Source: an uncultured Thermoleophilia bacterium (GTDB taxonomy: Bacteria; Actinomycetota; Thermoleophilia; UBA2241). From it: a stretch of DNA of 64,000 nt. The notes under the pieces were generated by a model, which had not been told where the DNA came from, did not search any database, and saw only the letters and a list, made by a program, of their open reading frames with translations. The stretch is from positions 29,023-93,022 of the forward strand of contig CAWIDR010000037.1 of NCBI GenBank assembly GCA_963834905.1, given 5' to 3'. A program made the translations under genes and the position numbers. Below are positions 17,595-29,130 of this stretch, piece by piece (within the stretch, counting starts at the first letter, position 1; each line of letters starts with the position of its first letter).

Positions 17595-18924
17595 ATGCCG
17601 ATGAGCACGCCGCCCAGACACGACAGGCCGTACACGGTGTATCGCGCCGGAGACGCCCCGCCCGCCGGCGGCCCGGCGCCGCCGCCGGGCGGCGAGAGGC
17701 CGCCTGGAGGCAGCCGCGGCAGCGGCGGCCGCCGCAGGCGGAGAGGCGGCGGCCTGCTCTTCCTCCTCATCGTGCTGGCCCTCATCGTGGCCGCGGCCGC
17801 CGGCGTGGCCGCCGCGGCCGGCTGGGGGCCCTTCGGCAGCGGCGACAAGACAGCGGATGGCGGCGCCCCGGCCGCGACCGTCGCGGCCACGCCGGCTCCT
17901 TCCGCTTCTGCATCCGCCGCCGAGCCGTCACCGACGTCGTCACCGAGCCCGACGCCCAGCGCCGCTCCGAGCTTCTCGGTCACCGCGGGCGGCGACACGA
18001 TGGGCGGCTTCGGCGTCAGCGGGGTGGTCGCCAGCATGGGCAGCAGCCTCTTCAAGAGCATCGCGCCGACCTTCGAGAAGAGCGACTTCGGCTTCGTGAA
18101 CCTGGAGAGCCCGCTCACCACCGGCGGCGACCCCCAGGGCTGGAAGGACGTCGTCATCAAGGGCAATCCGGACCTCGCGCCGGCGATGGCCAAGAGCGGG
18201 ATCAACGTCGTCACGATGGCCAACAACCACGCCGGCGACATGGGCGACAGCGGCCTCCTCGACAGCATCAAGTACTGCAAGCAGAACGACATCGCCGTGG
18301 TGGGCGCCGGCAAGGACCTCAAGCAGGCCATGGGCGGCTCCGTGCTCAAGACCAAGGACGGCGCCAAGGTCGCCTTCCTCGGCTTCTCCGACGTGCTGCC
18401 GGTGGGCTACCCGGCGACGTCGACCAGCCCGGGCACGGCGCCGGGCCGCGCGGACATCGGCGCCGTCAAGGCGGCGATCAAGGCGGCCAAGAAGAAGGCC
18501 GACTACGTGATCGTCGGCTGGCACTGGAACTTCGAGTACAAGCGTGCCCCGACGTACCTCGAGGAGAGCGAGGGCAAAGCGGCGATCGACGCGGGGGCGG
18601 ACATCGTGTTCGCGCACCACCCGCACCTGCTCGACGGCGTCGAGGCCTACCACGGCGGCCTGATCTTCTACAGCTTGGGCAACCTCGTGTTCAGCGGCTT
18701 CAGCGGCGAGACCGCCGAGACCATGCTCGTGCGCGCCAAGGTCTCGGAGGACGGCATCGACGCGCAGCTCGTCCCGGTGGTCGGCGGCGGGTCCGGCGTG
18801 CCGTCCCTGGCCACGGGCTCCGAGGCCGACAACATCCTGCAGCGCGTGCAGGGCTTCTCGGCGGCGCTCGACACGAAGGTGAAGATCTCCGCACGGCAAA
18901 GGGTACGTGCACGTCAAGCGCTGA
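17595..18924 (+). CDS. CapA/PgsA-family metallophosphoesterase-like protein, membrane anchored (frame break near 18893)
   Basis: Pro/Gly/Arg-rich cytoplasmic tail, one TM, then CapA motifs (FGFVNLESPL, VVTMANNHAGD, HWNFEY, FAHHPHLL, YSLGNLVF). The natural end KGYVHVKR* (TGA 18922..18924) is in the +1 frame. Confidence 0.8.
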
Positions 18925-18957
18925 GGCGCCGCTCAAGCTCGCCGACCCGGGAGGGTC

Positions 18958-19912
18958 ATGACCCTCGTCATCTGCCCCAATCTCGCCATCGACCGCATGC
19001 TCGCCGCCGAGTGCGTGCGGCCCGGCGGCACGACGCGCTGCCGGGCGCTGCGCACGCAGGCGGGCGGCAAGGGAGCGAACGTCGCCCGCGCCACCAGGGC
19101 CCTGGGCGGCGAAGCGCTGCTCACCGGCTTCGCCGGCGGCCGCGGCGGGCGGCTCATCGCCGAGCTGGCGCAGGACGAGGGGCTGGAGCTCGAGGTGGTC
19201 GTGACGGACGGGGAGGCGCGCGTCTCGACCGTCGTCCTCGGGGACGACGGCTCCGTCACGCGCCTGTACGAGTTCGGCCCGGAGGTCTCGCCCGCCGGCG
19301 AGCGGGCGCTGCTGGAGCTCGCCGGCGCCCGGCCGGCCGCGACCCGGCGAGTGGGCCGTAGTCACCGGGGCGGCGCCCCCGGGCGTCTCGCCCGGCTTCT
19401 ACGCCGCCCTCGTCGGCGCCGCCCGGGCCGCGGGCTACCGGACGCTGGTCGACGCCGCCGGCGAGCAACTCGCCGGCGCGCTCGCCCAGCGTCCGGACCT
19501 CGTCAAGGTGAACCTGGCGGAGGCGTGCTCCGCCGTCGGCGCCCCGGAGATGCACTGCGACGACGAGAAGACGGCCGCCGCGGACGAACTGGTGGCCGAG
19601 GGCCTCGTGCTCTGCCGGCGGCTGGTCGCGGCGGGAGCCGCCGGCGCCGTGCTCACGCTGGGCGCCGCCGGCGCCGTGGCCCTCCTCGACGGCGCCGAAT
19701 GGCGGACCTCCACGCGGCCGGTCAAAGCGGTGAACCCGGTAGGCTCCGGCGACTGCTTCGCCGCCGGCCTGACGCTCGCGCTGCAGCGCGGCGAGGGCGC
19801 GGCCGCGGCGCTGCGCCTGGCCGCGGGCGCCGGCGCCGCCAACGCCGTCTCGCCGTACAACGGCGACGTGGACCCGGCGCTGGCAGAGGAACTGGCGGGC
19901 GCGGCGCCCTGA
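18958..19912 (+). CDS. PfkB-family sugar kinase, 1-phosphofructokinase/tagatose-6-P kinase type (frame break near 19348)
   Basis: MTLVICPNLAIDR...AGGKGANVARA N-terminal motif. The C-terminal half (VVTGAAPPG...NPVGSGDCFAAG...) is in the frame of ORF 19508..19912. Confidence 0.8.
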
Positions 19913-20018
19913 CGCCGAGCCCGCCCGTCAGCCTGATCCCGAGCGACTCCTGCCGGCGTCCACGCTACGTCTCGGCGTGGCCGCCTCCGGCGCGGCGAAC
20001 GCCCTACACTGACGACGC

Positions 20019-20975
20019 ATGCGACCCATCCTCTTCCAGATCGGCGACTTCCGCTTCTACAGCTTCGGCCTCATGGCGGCGCTGGCGCTCATCGTGCCCG
20101 GCCTCACCATCGTGCGGGCGCTGGTGCGCCGCCGCGGCGTGCCCGAGGAGTTCGCCTACGAGCTGATCATCGCCGCCGGAATCGGCGGCTTCGTCGTCGC
20201 GCGTATCTACTACCTCATCGAGAACTACGCCGCCATCAAGGCCGACTTCTGGCACGTCGCCTTCAGCGGCGCCGGGTTCGTCTGGTACGGCGGCCTCATC
20301 GGAGGATTCCTCGGCGTCGTGGGCTGGACGCTCGTGCGGCGCTATCCGCTGGACGTCATCGCCAACGCTATGGCGCCCGCCACCGCCATGGGCTACGCGA
20401 TCGGTCGCATCGGTTGCCAGCTCGCCGGCGACGGCGACTACGGCAAGGTCAGCACGCTGCCCTGGGCGATGGGCTACCCCAACGGCACCGTACCCACCCC
20501 GCCCGGCGTGCGCGTCCAGCCCACACCGCTCTACGAGATCGCCGCCATGCTGTTCGTCACGTGGATCCTCTGGCGGCTGGCGACACGCTACGACAAGTCC
20601 GGCTGGTGGACGTTCGGCTGGTTCCTCGTGCTCTCCGGCGTCGAGCGCATCCTGGTGGAGTTCGTGCGCCGCAACCCCATCTGGTTCTGGCACCTCACGC
20701 AGCCGCAGTGGGTGAGCATCCTGAGCGTCATCATCGGCGTCGCGCTCATCGCGGTGTACGGCAAGAAGGCGGCGGTGCTGACCGGCGACGCAGCGAAGCC
20801 AAAGCCGGCCGGACGCCAGACGGGCGGCACGGGCCACGTAGCCACCCGCGCCTCGCGCGAACCGGGACTGCGACTTCCCCGGCGCGCCAACGCGCACCTA
20901 CTGATCGGCGACCGCAAGGCCTACGGCGTAATCCTCGCTCGTGGCGAAGTCCCAGCCGGCACCACCGTCCATTGA
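20019..20975 (+). CDS. lgt: prolipoprotein diacylglyceryl transferase
   Basis: FRFYSFGLM, YGGLIGG, GRIGCQLAGD and PTPLYE motifs of Lgt. The hydrophilic tail past about 20770 overlaps the convergent gene by 78 bp and may be partly spurious. Confidence 0.85.
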   Translation: MRPILFQIGDFRFYSFGLMAALALIVPGLTIVRALVRRRGVPEEFAYELIIAAGIGGFVVARIYYLIENYAAIKADFWHVAFSGAGFVWYGGLIGGFLGVVGWTLVRRYPLDVIANAMAPATAMGYAIGRIGCQLAGDGDYGKVSTLPWAMGYPNGTVPTPPGVRVQPTPLYEIAAMLFVTWILWRLATRYDKSGWWTFGWFLVLSGVERILVEFVRRNPIWFWHLTQPQWVSILSVIIGVALIAVYGKKAAVLTGDAAKPKPAGRQTGGTGHVATRASREPGLRLPRRANAHLLIGDRKAYGVILARGEVPAGTTVH

Positions 20976-22403
20976 GACCAGCACCATGCGATGCCGGAAT
21001 CGGTTGGCAGCGCGCAGGCGCTTGGGGTAGTCCGCCGGCCTGAAGTAGCTCAGCGAAAGGTACAGGCGGCCCAGCCTGTCCACCGTCAGCTTCTGATGGT
21101 AGATCGCGTAGCCTGGGCGATCGGCGCACACCAGGCGCATGGCCTCGCCCCATTCCCCGTCCGGAGACCGGAGCTGGCAGCACAGCGCCTCATACCCGGC
21201 ACCGTCAAAGTCCGGATCGACGCCGCGGCGCGCCTGGCGAAAGACGGTCACGAGGCTGTCGTCGGGCAGGCACGCCAGCGACAGGTAGGTCTGCCTCGCG
21301 GTCCCCGGTGGTTCCGCGCCGCCGGCAACGTATCCTCCGGTCAAGACCTCCTGCGGGGTGGTCCACGCGCTCGTGTCGAACGGCGCGAGACTGTGCGCGT
21401 ACAGGAAGGGAGCGTTGTGTGCCCCCGTCAGCACGTGAAGGTAGCCGTTGCCGTCGCGGACGATGCCGGGATCGTCGTGGTCGTCGTTGCGCGGCCTCGC
21501 CAGGGCGAGCAGGACCGGCCTGGTTATCGTCCGTGACGCGTGGTCGAACGAGCAGACGTAGGTAGGCGCGCCGCGCTGGCCGCTGCGGGCCACCTCGGGC
21601 CAGACGATGTAGGACGTCTTGCTCGTCGAAGCGGCAAACGAGGAACCGCCCGCGCCGTACGTCTGCCCGATGAACCGGGTGCTCACCAGTGTGGGCCGGT
21701 GAAGCCTTAGTCGCCGCCCGGAGAAGTACGGCTTGACCACGTACAGCAAGCTGCGCGACGCACGCGAGCCGGGCCAGTCGGACACCGGCCGCCAGACGGC
21801 GATCAGGGGTGGTCTCCCGCTCACGTTCCAGCCGGCGTACTGCTCCATCTCCGCCGTCCCGTTGTCACGCCCGTCGTAGAACTTGGGCTTGCCGCCAAAC
21901 GGCAGCTTCACGAGCCGCCACGTACGACAGCCGTCACGCGAATAGAGGATGACGTTGTAGTGCGAGCCGCCGCGCACCCTGATCTCGAGCAGCGTGTAGG
22001 CACGGCCGCGACTGTCGAACTCGACGCGCTCGCTCACGTAGCCGCCGGCATTCACGGTCCTCGAGAAGGTCGGGAACGCCTTGCGCACAGCGGTGATCAG
22101 AGAAGAGGAGACCCAGCGGCTGTCGTCGCCGAGGTCGAACACCGACCGTGTCAGGTCCTGTGACGCGGTGCGGGTGCGGACGAACGGGCGATTCCGCGCG
22201 TCGAACGACGGGATGTTAAGAGGATAGCCGGGGTCGTATCCGTACTGCTCGAGGAGTGTCGAGACGGGGTCGATCCGAATGGGCAGGTCGAGGGCACGCG
22301 CGGGAAGAGCACCCCACGCGCCGAGGAGCGCGAGTACGGCCACGACGAACAACCCGCCTACGGCGAGCATGCCCCACCGGATCCCCACCGCCGCGCGCCC
22401 CAT
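20898..22403 (-). CDS. secreted hypothetical protein, BNR_4-like beta-propeller family
   Basis: 501-aa uninterrupted ORF with an N-terminal signal/anchor. The pattern (VNAGGYVSERVEFDS, YNVILYSRDGCRTW, GYLHVLTGAHNAPF, SMDGGAGW) resembles the BNR_4 family. Function unknown. Confidence 0.45.
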   Translation of the reverse strand: MGRAAVGIRWGMLAVGGLFVVAVLALLGAWGALPARALDLPIRIDPVSTLLEQYGYDPGYPLNIPSFDARNRPFVRTRTASQDLTRSVFDLGDDSRWVSSSLITAVRKAFPTFSRTVNAGGYVSERVEFDSRGRAYTLLEIRVRGGSHYNVILYSRDGCRTWRLVKLPFGGKPKFYDGRDNGTAEMEQYAGWNVSGRPPLIAVWRPVSDWPGSRASRSLLYVVKPYFSGRRLRLHRPTLVSTRFIGQTYGAGGSSFAASTSKTSYIVWPEVARSGQRGAPTYVCSFDHASRTITRPVLLALARPRNDDHDDPGIVRDGNGYLHVLTGAHNAPFLYAHSLAPFDTSAWTTPQEVLTGGYVAGGAEPPGTARQTYLSLACLPDDSLVTVFRQARRGVDPDFDGAGYEALCCQLRSPDGEWGEAMRLVCADRPGYAIYHQKLTVDRLGRLYLSLSYFRPADYPKRLRAANRFRHRMVLVSMDGGAGWDFATSEDYAVGLAVADQ

Positions 22404-22508
22404 AGGAGCAGTCTGTCAACTGGCGGCGAGCGGTGTCAAACCGGGCGCGGCCGCGCGGGGACCGCGATCGTCAACGACGTCGGTCGACGCGGCTGCGGTG
22501 CAGGCTGT

Positions 22509-23312
22509 TCACGCGGCACCGGGCGCCGGAGCGTCGCTGGGCACGAGCAGGAGCGGGCAGGGCGCCGTGGTCAGAAGCTCTTTGATCACGGAGCCGTGGC
22601 CGCTCTTGAAGCTCCCGCTCCACGACAGCACGATGAGCTCGGCGCCGTTCTTGCCGGCCTCCTCGGCGACGATGCCGGCAGGCTGCCCGACGCGCACGGC
22701 CACGCGGTGGCGACCGCCCTCAGGGCAGGTCGAGAAGCGCATCGTGAACTCGTCCTGCCAGGCGCTCCACTCGTAGTGCTCCTGGTCCGTCATGCGCGGC
22801 GCCGGCAGGCTGCCGACCTCCGCCGGCGTGTCTCCGGTGACCACGTGCAGCATGACGATCTCCCGGCCGCGTGCGCACAAGGCGTCATCTGCGGCGCGCA
22901 TGGCGGCCGAGGTCGACGGGCTGCCCTCGAGCGGCACGTACAGGCGTTTGAGGGTCGCGACCGGGCGCATGCCCGGGCGGACGAGAAGCACGGGGGCGAC
23001 CTGGCCGTTGAGCAGAGCCTCAGCGACGTGGCCCATCCCCGGCGCCGCACCGGCACCGCACGAGCAACTCAGGCCGAACGCAAAGGCGTCGACCGCAGCG
23101 CCGCCGGCGAGCCTGGTGAGCGCCTCGACGGGGTCGCCATCGATGGTCGTGAGTTCGAGGCCCTCGAGATCGGCGCTCCCGGGCTCCGGAAGGCCGGGCT
23201 CGCGCACGTGGACGCCGCGCACCTCCCAGCGAGCGGCTGCCGCGAGCGCCTTTGCCGACGCGACCAGCTCCTGGTCCGCGGCTGCGTCTGCGACTGCAAC
23301 GAGAAGCGTCAT
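22509..23312 (-). CDS. tandem-domain universal stress protein (UspA family)
   Basis: ATG 23312 overlaps the upstream stop (ATGA). Two Usp-like halves, the second ending GSVIKELLTTAPCPLLLVP. Confidence 0.7.
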   Translation of the reverse strand: MTLLVAVADAAADQELVASAKALAAAARWEVRGVHVREPGLPEPGSADLEGLELTTIDGDPVEALTRLAGGAAVDAFAFGLSCSCGAGAAPGMGHVAEALLNGQVAPVLLVRPGMRPVATLKRLYVPLEGSPSTSAAMRAADDALCARGREIVMLHVVTGDTPAEVGSLPAPRMTDQEHYEWSAWQDEFTMRFSTCPEGGRHRVAVRVGQPAGIVAEEAGKNGAELIVLSWSGSFKSGHGSVIKELLTTAPCPLLLVPSDAPAPGAA

Positions 23313-26300
23313 CCGGCGTCCACCTGCCAAGGTCGTCCGTTGCGCCGCCGCAGCTTGTGACGGCCGGGCCGGAGCTCGCGCTCCTCCCCGTCCAGCTGCA
23401 AGGTGACCGGCGCCTTCTCGACGGTTATACCCACGTCCACGCCGCCCTTTCTGGCGCGAAGGTCCAACTGCAGGTGCGCGCCGCGGAACCGCAGGGGCAT
23501 ACGGACCCGCTCCCAGGCCTCCGGCAGCTGCGGGTCCAGACGCAGCGCCTCGCCGCGGCGCATCACGCCGCAGAAGCCCATGACGGCCGCCTGCCAGAGG
23601 CCACCCATGGTGGCCATGTGCAGGCCGGCGGCCGCGTTGCCCATGTTGTCGGCGAGGTCGATCGCCGCCGCCATCTTGAAGTACGCCGTCGCCTCGGGCA
23701 CATCGTGCAGCCTCGCCGCCACGGCGGCGTGGATACCGGGGCTGAGCGAACTGCCGTGGCAGGTGATGGGCTCGTAGTAGTCGTAGTTGGCGCGCGTCGT
23801 CCTCTCGTCGATCTCGTCGGCGAGCACGTGGCAGAGCATCACGACGTCCGCCTGCTTGACCACCTTGCTGATGAGGGTGACGTCGCGGCCGAGCAGCAGG
23901 TCGGCGGCCATCGGCCGCGGCCGAAGCTTCTCGATCGGCACGTCGTCCATGTCGTAGAACCCGGCGAACTGCTCGTAGAGCAGCGTCTCCGGGTCGTGGC
24001 CGTCCACGTAGCCGTCGATGACCTTGCGCCAGCCGAAGAGCTCAGTGACCGTGAGCTCCAGACGCTTCTTGAGCTCGTCGGCGTATGCGTCGTCCACCGT
24101 CTCCAGCCAGGCGAGCGCCTCGATGGCGCGCTTGATGTTCCAGCGCGCGAGGACGTTGGTGTACGCGTTGTCGTCCACGCCCTCGTGGTACTCGTCCGGG
24201 CCCACGACGACGCGCACGTGGTAGCGGCCCTCGCGGTCCCGCGCCGCGCGCGAGACCCAGAACCGCGCCGTCTCCAGCATCATCTCGACGCCCATGCCCG
24301 CCATGAACGCGTCGTCGCCGGTCGCCTTCCAGTACTCCCACGTCCCCCAGGCCACGTCTGCCGAGATGTGGTGCTCCATGAGGCCGGAGAGGATGGGGAC
24401 CTGCTCGCCGCTGGGGCCGTAGCCGTACGGCGGCGTCGTCTCGACGCCCTTGTCCGCCGACTCCCAAGGGTACAGCGCGCCGCGGAAGCCCATCTGCGCC
24501 GCCTTCTGCCGCGCCCCCGGCAGGTTGCGGTACCGGTACTTGAGCAGCGTGCGCGCCGTCTCCGGCTGGGTGTAGATGAAGAACGGCAGCACGAAGATCT
24601 CAGTGTCCCAGAAGACGTGCAGGAAGTAGGACATGCCGCCCAGCCCACGGGCGCCGACCGAGACGGTGTCCTTGGTGGGGTGCGCCGTGCTGATCATGTG
24701 GTAGATGGCGAAGCGCAGCGCGTGCTGGTCGTCGGCGTCGCCGTCCACGCGCAGGTCGGCGGCGTCCCAGGCGGCGTCCCACGCCGCGCGGTGCCGCCGC
24801 AGCAGCTCGTCGTAAGCCGACGTCGCGGGCGCGCTGGAGGGCTCGCCGCGCGACCTCCGGCGACGGTACCTTGGTGCGCGCGGAGGAGATCGTGGCGAGC
24901 CGGTCGACCGTGGCCGGGTCGCCCGGCTCGAGGCGCCCGCCGATGACGTCGCGCGCCTGCTGCGGCGTGCGCGCGACGGGCGACCCGGGCGCCGGGTTGG
25001 TCGTCACCGCGAGCACGTGCCCGCCACCGTTGCGTCCGCGGGTGCTCGGCGATCAGACCCGGGGGATCGTCGAGCACTTCGAACTCGCGTCTCCTTGGTC
25101 GGCCCGCCGGCGTGCGAGACTCCGATGGCGCTCTGCCAGACGAGCGAGCCGGAGAAATCCTCCGGCGTGGCCTCGGCGCGCGCGGCCATCACCTGACGGT
25201 CGGCGAGCGAGGCGAACCGTGCCGTGCGGACGCGGACGCTGCGTCCGCTGCGCAGTCGCTGCCGCCACAGCGGAAGACGATGCCGTGGCGCATGTCCAGC
25301 ACGCGCTCGTGGTCGATGATCTCGCCGTTCGAGAGCGTCATCGCAGCGCCGGCCACCATGAGCCGGAGGCCCGCCCAGTCCGGCGCGGGGACCGGCTGGC
25401 GGAAGGACGGGTCGCCGGTCCCGTCGCCGTAGACGCCGGCGACGAACGTGGCCGGCGTCGAGATCGCCGAGCCCTCCGCCAGCGCCCCGCGCGTGCCGGT
25501 CTCGCCGTTGGCCACCGTGAGCCACGTCTCGACTTCGCGCTCGCGGAACGGGTCGAAGCCCTTGACCTCGAACCGCCAGGCCGGGTCGGGGTTCGGCTCC
25601 GGGAAGCTCTCGCAGGGCGACGATCTCGCGCATCGCGAGCTGGTCGTGCAGGATGTCGAGGAACGAGGTCGGGCCGCCGCCGGCATGCAGCACCTGCGGC
25701 GGCACGCCGGCCGACTCCGGGCCGACGCTGACGTAGACGGCTCGGCGCAGCTCCGGGATGAGCATGGCCGAGTCGGTGCCTTGCCCGTCGGCGACGGGAC
25801 CGAAGGTGTCGCCGAGCACCAGCAGGTCCTGCGGCCGGCGACCGCGCCCCGTCACGAGCCCGCGCGACACCGCGTGCATCGAGTCGCTCTTGCCGGTCAG
25901 GCCGATGTCGATGTGCCTGACGTCGCTCGTGATGGCGGGGTAGGCGAGGCCGGCCTCCCGGCCCAGCTCGCGCGCCAGCTCCATGCAGTCGTGCAGGCCG
26001 TCACGGAACCCGGCGGCGCGCAGGCGCGCGTCGACCTCCCGCTGCAGCTCGCCGACCGCCGTCCCCGGCGGTTCCGTCCAGCCGGGGCACAAGTCGATGG
26101 ACAGCCGGTTGAGGTGCTCCTGGACGAGCGCGACGTCGAGCCCCGCCGCCGTCAGCCGCTCGCGGAGGGCCTCCGCCGTGGCGGCCAGCTGCTCCTCCTC
26201 GAGTGAGCTGGCCTCGCGGCGCTCGAGGAGGCGCGGCCCGGCCGGGCCGACGACGTAGACCTCGGAGCCGCGCGACAGGTAGAGGAAGAGACGGCCCTCG

Positions 26301-26530
26301 ACGCCGGGCCGCGCGCGCAGCTGCTCGTCCACGTCGGCGACGTCGGCGCTGCTGACGACGGCGATGTCCACGCCCAAGGCCGCGAGCCGCTCCACGCGGC
26401 TGCGCACCGCCGAGGCGTCAGCGTCCCGGCGAGGCACGGCGGTACCGTCCCACGCGAAGCAGATGACGGGGAACTCGCGGTCGAGCGCGCGCTCCAGTCT
26501 CCTGTCGCGCGCGCTGTCGGCCTCACTCAT
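23309..26530 (-). CDS. HAD-like domain fused to glycoside hydrolase family 65 phosphorylase (at least 5 frame breaks: about 25620, 25270, 25085, 25030 and 24865)
   Basis: - N-terminus (MSEADS...FPVICFAWDGTAV...LVLGDTFG) is HAD-like.
- GH65 N-domain (WRFEVKGFDPFREREVETWLTVANGETGTRG) is in ORF 25189..25686.
- Catalytic (alpha/alpha)6 and C-terminal domains (DADDQHALRFAIYHM, WDTEIF, GPDEYHE, LWQAAV) are in ORF 23309..24748.
- Start could also be 26557 or 26623. Confidence 0.75.
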
Positions 26531-26643
26531 CGTTGCATTGTCGCCGCTCGTCGGCATCGTCCTACCATCCTGCCCCACGCGCGCCTTTCCTGCACCGGGA
26601 CGGTACACTTGTCTTCCTGCCACGATCGGCCCGAGGTGAGCTC

Positions 26644-27916
26644 ATGTCCCCGTTCGACGTCGCCTACGTCCGCAGCCAGTTCCCCGCGCTCAGGCGGACG
26701 GTCGACGGCCAGCCCGCAGCCTACCTCGACGGCCCCGGGGGCACGCAAACGCCCCAGCGCGTGCTGGACGCGGTGCTCGACTACCTCACCAACCACAACT
26801 GCAACATCCACGGCGCCTTCGCCACCTCGGAGGAGACGGACGCCGTCATCCAGGCCGCGCAAGAAGCGGGCGCCGACCTCCTCGGCTGCGCCTGGGACGA
26901 GGTCGCCTACGGCGCCAACATGACGACGCTCGCCTTCCTGCTCAGCGACGCGATCGCGCGCGACATCCGCCCCGGCGACGAGGTGGTGGTCACGGAGCTC
27001 GACCACGAGGCCAACCGCGGCCCGTGGATGCGGCTGGCCGAGCGCGGCGCGGTCGTCCGCGAGGTCCCCGTCGACCTCGAGACCTGTACCCTCGACTGGG
27101 ACGCCTTCGAGCGGCTCGTCGTGCCCGGCAAGACCAAGGTCGTCGCCGTCGGCTACGCCTCCAACGCCGTGGGCACCGTGAACGACGTCGCGCGCGCGGC
27201 TGCAGCTGGCGCGCGAAGCCGGCGCGCTCAGCGTCATCGACGCGGTGCACTACGCGCTGCACGGGCCGATCGACGTCAAGGCCATCGGCTGCGACTTCCT
27301 GCTCTGCTCGGCCTACAAGTTCTTCGGCCCCCACGTCGGCCTCATGTACGCGCGCCGCGAGACGACGGAGCTGCTCGAGCCGGTCCGCCTCTCCACGCAG
27401 GACCCGGACCCGCCGTTCGTGTGGCAGACGGGCACGCTGAACCACGAGGGCATGGCCGGCACCGCCGCGGCCGTCGACTTCATCGCCGACCTCGGCGAGC
27501 GGCACCTCACGATGGTGGAGGACCGCCTCCCCGCCGGCCTGCAGGGCCGGCGCAGGGCGGTCGTCGCGGGAATGCTGGCCGCGGAGGCCTACGAGCAGCC
27601 CCTGGCGAAGCGGCTGCGCGAGCAGCTCGCCGGCATCCCCGGCCTCACGATCTACGGGCCGCCGGAGGGCAGCCCGCGCACGTCGACCGTGTCGTTCACG
27701 CTCGACGGCTTTCAGGCCGGAGAGGTGTGCCGCGCGCTCGGCGCGCGCGGCCTCTTCACCTGGGACGGGGACTTCTACGCCCAGCGCCTCGTCGAGAGGC
27801 TCGGGCTGCAGGACCGCGGCGGCCTGGTGCGCGTGGGGCTCGCCCCGTACACCACCGAGGGCGAGCTCGAGCGGCTCGTCGCGGCCGTCGGCGACCTCTC
27901 GCGCTCGGTGCGATGA
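26644..27916 (+). CDS. class-V aminotransferase, cysteine-desulfurase-like (Csd/VC1184-type; frame break near 27197)
   Basis: ATG 26644 (MSPFDVAYVRSQFPAL). HEANRGPW, then the PLP-lysine motif SAYKFFGPHVG and the C-terminus in the frame of ORF 27245..27916. Confidence 0.8.
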
Positions 27917-29130
27917 CGGCCGGCCCCGCTGGTCCTCGACGTCCGAGCCTGTCCGCGGGCTCGGCGCCGGCCGGCGCCCCCCGCGACGTCAGCATCTCCC
28001 TGCTCGGCTTCGACGACCAGCCTGCCCCCTTGGACGGTCCGCGCGAGGTCAAGCTCTGCCTGCTCGGCTTCGGCAGCGTCGCGCGCGCGCTCTGCGAACT
28101 GCTGGCCGCCCAGGAGCGGGTGCTCGCCGAACGCCACGGGCTGCGCGTGCTGGTCGCTGCGGCCGGCACGCGCCACGGCAGCCTGCTCGACCCCGCCGGC
28201 CTGACGCCGGCGGAGGTGCTCGCGGCGGTCGGCGACGGGCCGGCCCCGCCGCAGGCGGCCCGGCCGGCCCACGAACTCTCGCCGCCTCCAAGGCGGACGT
28301 GCTCGTCGAGCTCACGGTGATGGGCGACCTCTCGGGCGTAGCGGCCGGCGCCACGTCGTACACGCCGGCGGCGACGAAGCACGTCCTCGAGGCGTTCCGC
28401 CTCGGCATGGACGTGGTCACGGCCAACAAGGGACCCATCGCCTGGAGCTGGCCGGAGGTCGCGGCTGCCGCCGCCGCAGCCGGCCGCCGCATCCGCTTCG
28501 AGAGCACCGTCATGGACGGCCTGCCCGTGTTCAGCCTCCTCGAGTACGCGCTGCCCGACTGCACGCTGCTCGGCTTTGACGCCGTGTTCAACGCCACGAC
28601 CAACTTCATCATCGACGCCATGGGAACGGGGCGGAGCTACCAGGACGCCCTCGCGCAGGTGCAGGCCGAGGGCTACGCCGAGGCAGACCCGAGCAACGAC
28701 GTGGACGGCTGGGACGCAGCCAGCAAGGCCGCCGCGCTCGCCAACGTCGTCATGGACGCGGGCATCACCCCGGCCGACGTCGAGCGGGAGAGCCTGGCGG
28801 AGGTGCCGCTCGAGCGCATCGTGCGGGCGCGCGAGCAGGGCCGGCGCCTGCGGCTCGTCTCGAGCGTCTGGCGGGAAGCGCGCCGCGCCGGGAGAGGCTT
28901 CGCCGCCCGGCCCGGGTGGCGCCGTTCCCACCGGCCCGGTCCGCGCCCGGCTGCGGGCCGAGGAACTCGACATCGAGCACCCGCTGGCGGCCGTGAGCGG
29001 AGAGTCGCTCGGCGCGCTGCTCCACACCGACCTCATGGCCGACGTGCTCGTGAGCGAGCGGCACGCGCTCGTGCCGCAGACGGCCTACGGCGTCTACGCG
29101 GACCTGCTGCACCTGTGCCGGACGAGCTGA
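27913..29130 (+). CDS. homoserine dehydrogenase-family protein (frame breaks near 28275 and 28880)
   Basis: ATG 27913 overlaps the upstream stop (ATGA). Rossmann motif LLGFGSVARAL, then VVTANKGP, FESTVMDGLPV, GYAEADPSNDVDGWDAASKAAALAN and C-terminal HPLAAVSGES...TAYGVYADLL in three frames. Confidence 0.7.

Noticed and set aside
27990-28080. Duplicated ctgctcggcttcg (LLGF...LLGF) at the N-terminus of the hom-like gene.
   Set aside because: The 13-nt repeat is 60 nt from its copy and encodes a plausible N-terminal extension plus the real Rossmann strand. It is likely a small ancient duplication or coincidence in low-complexity GC-rich sequence.
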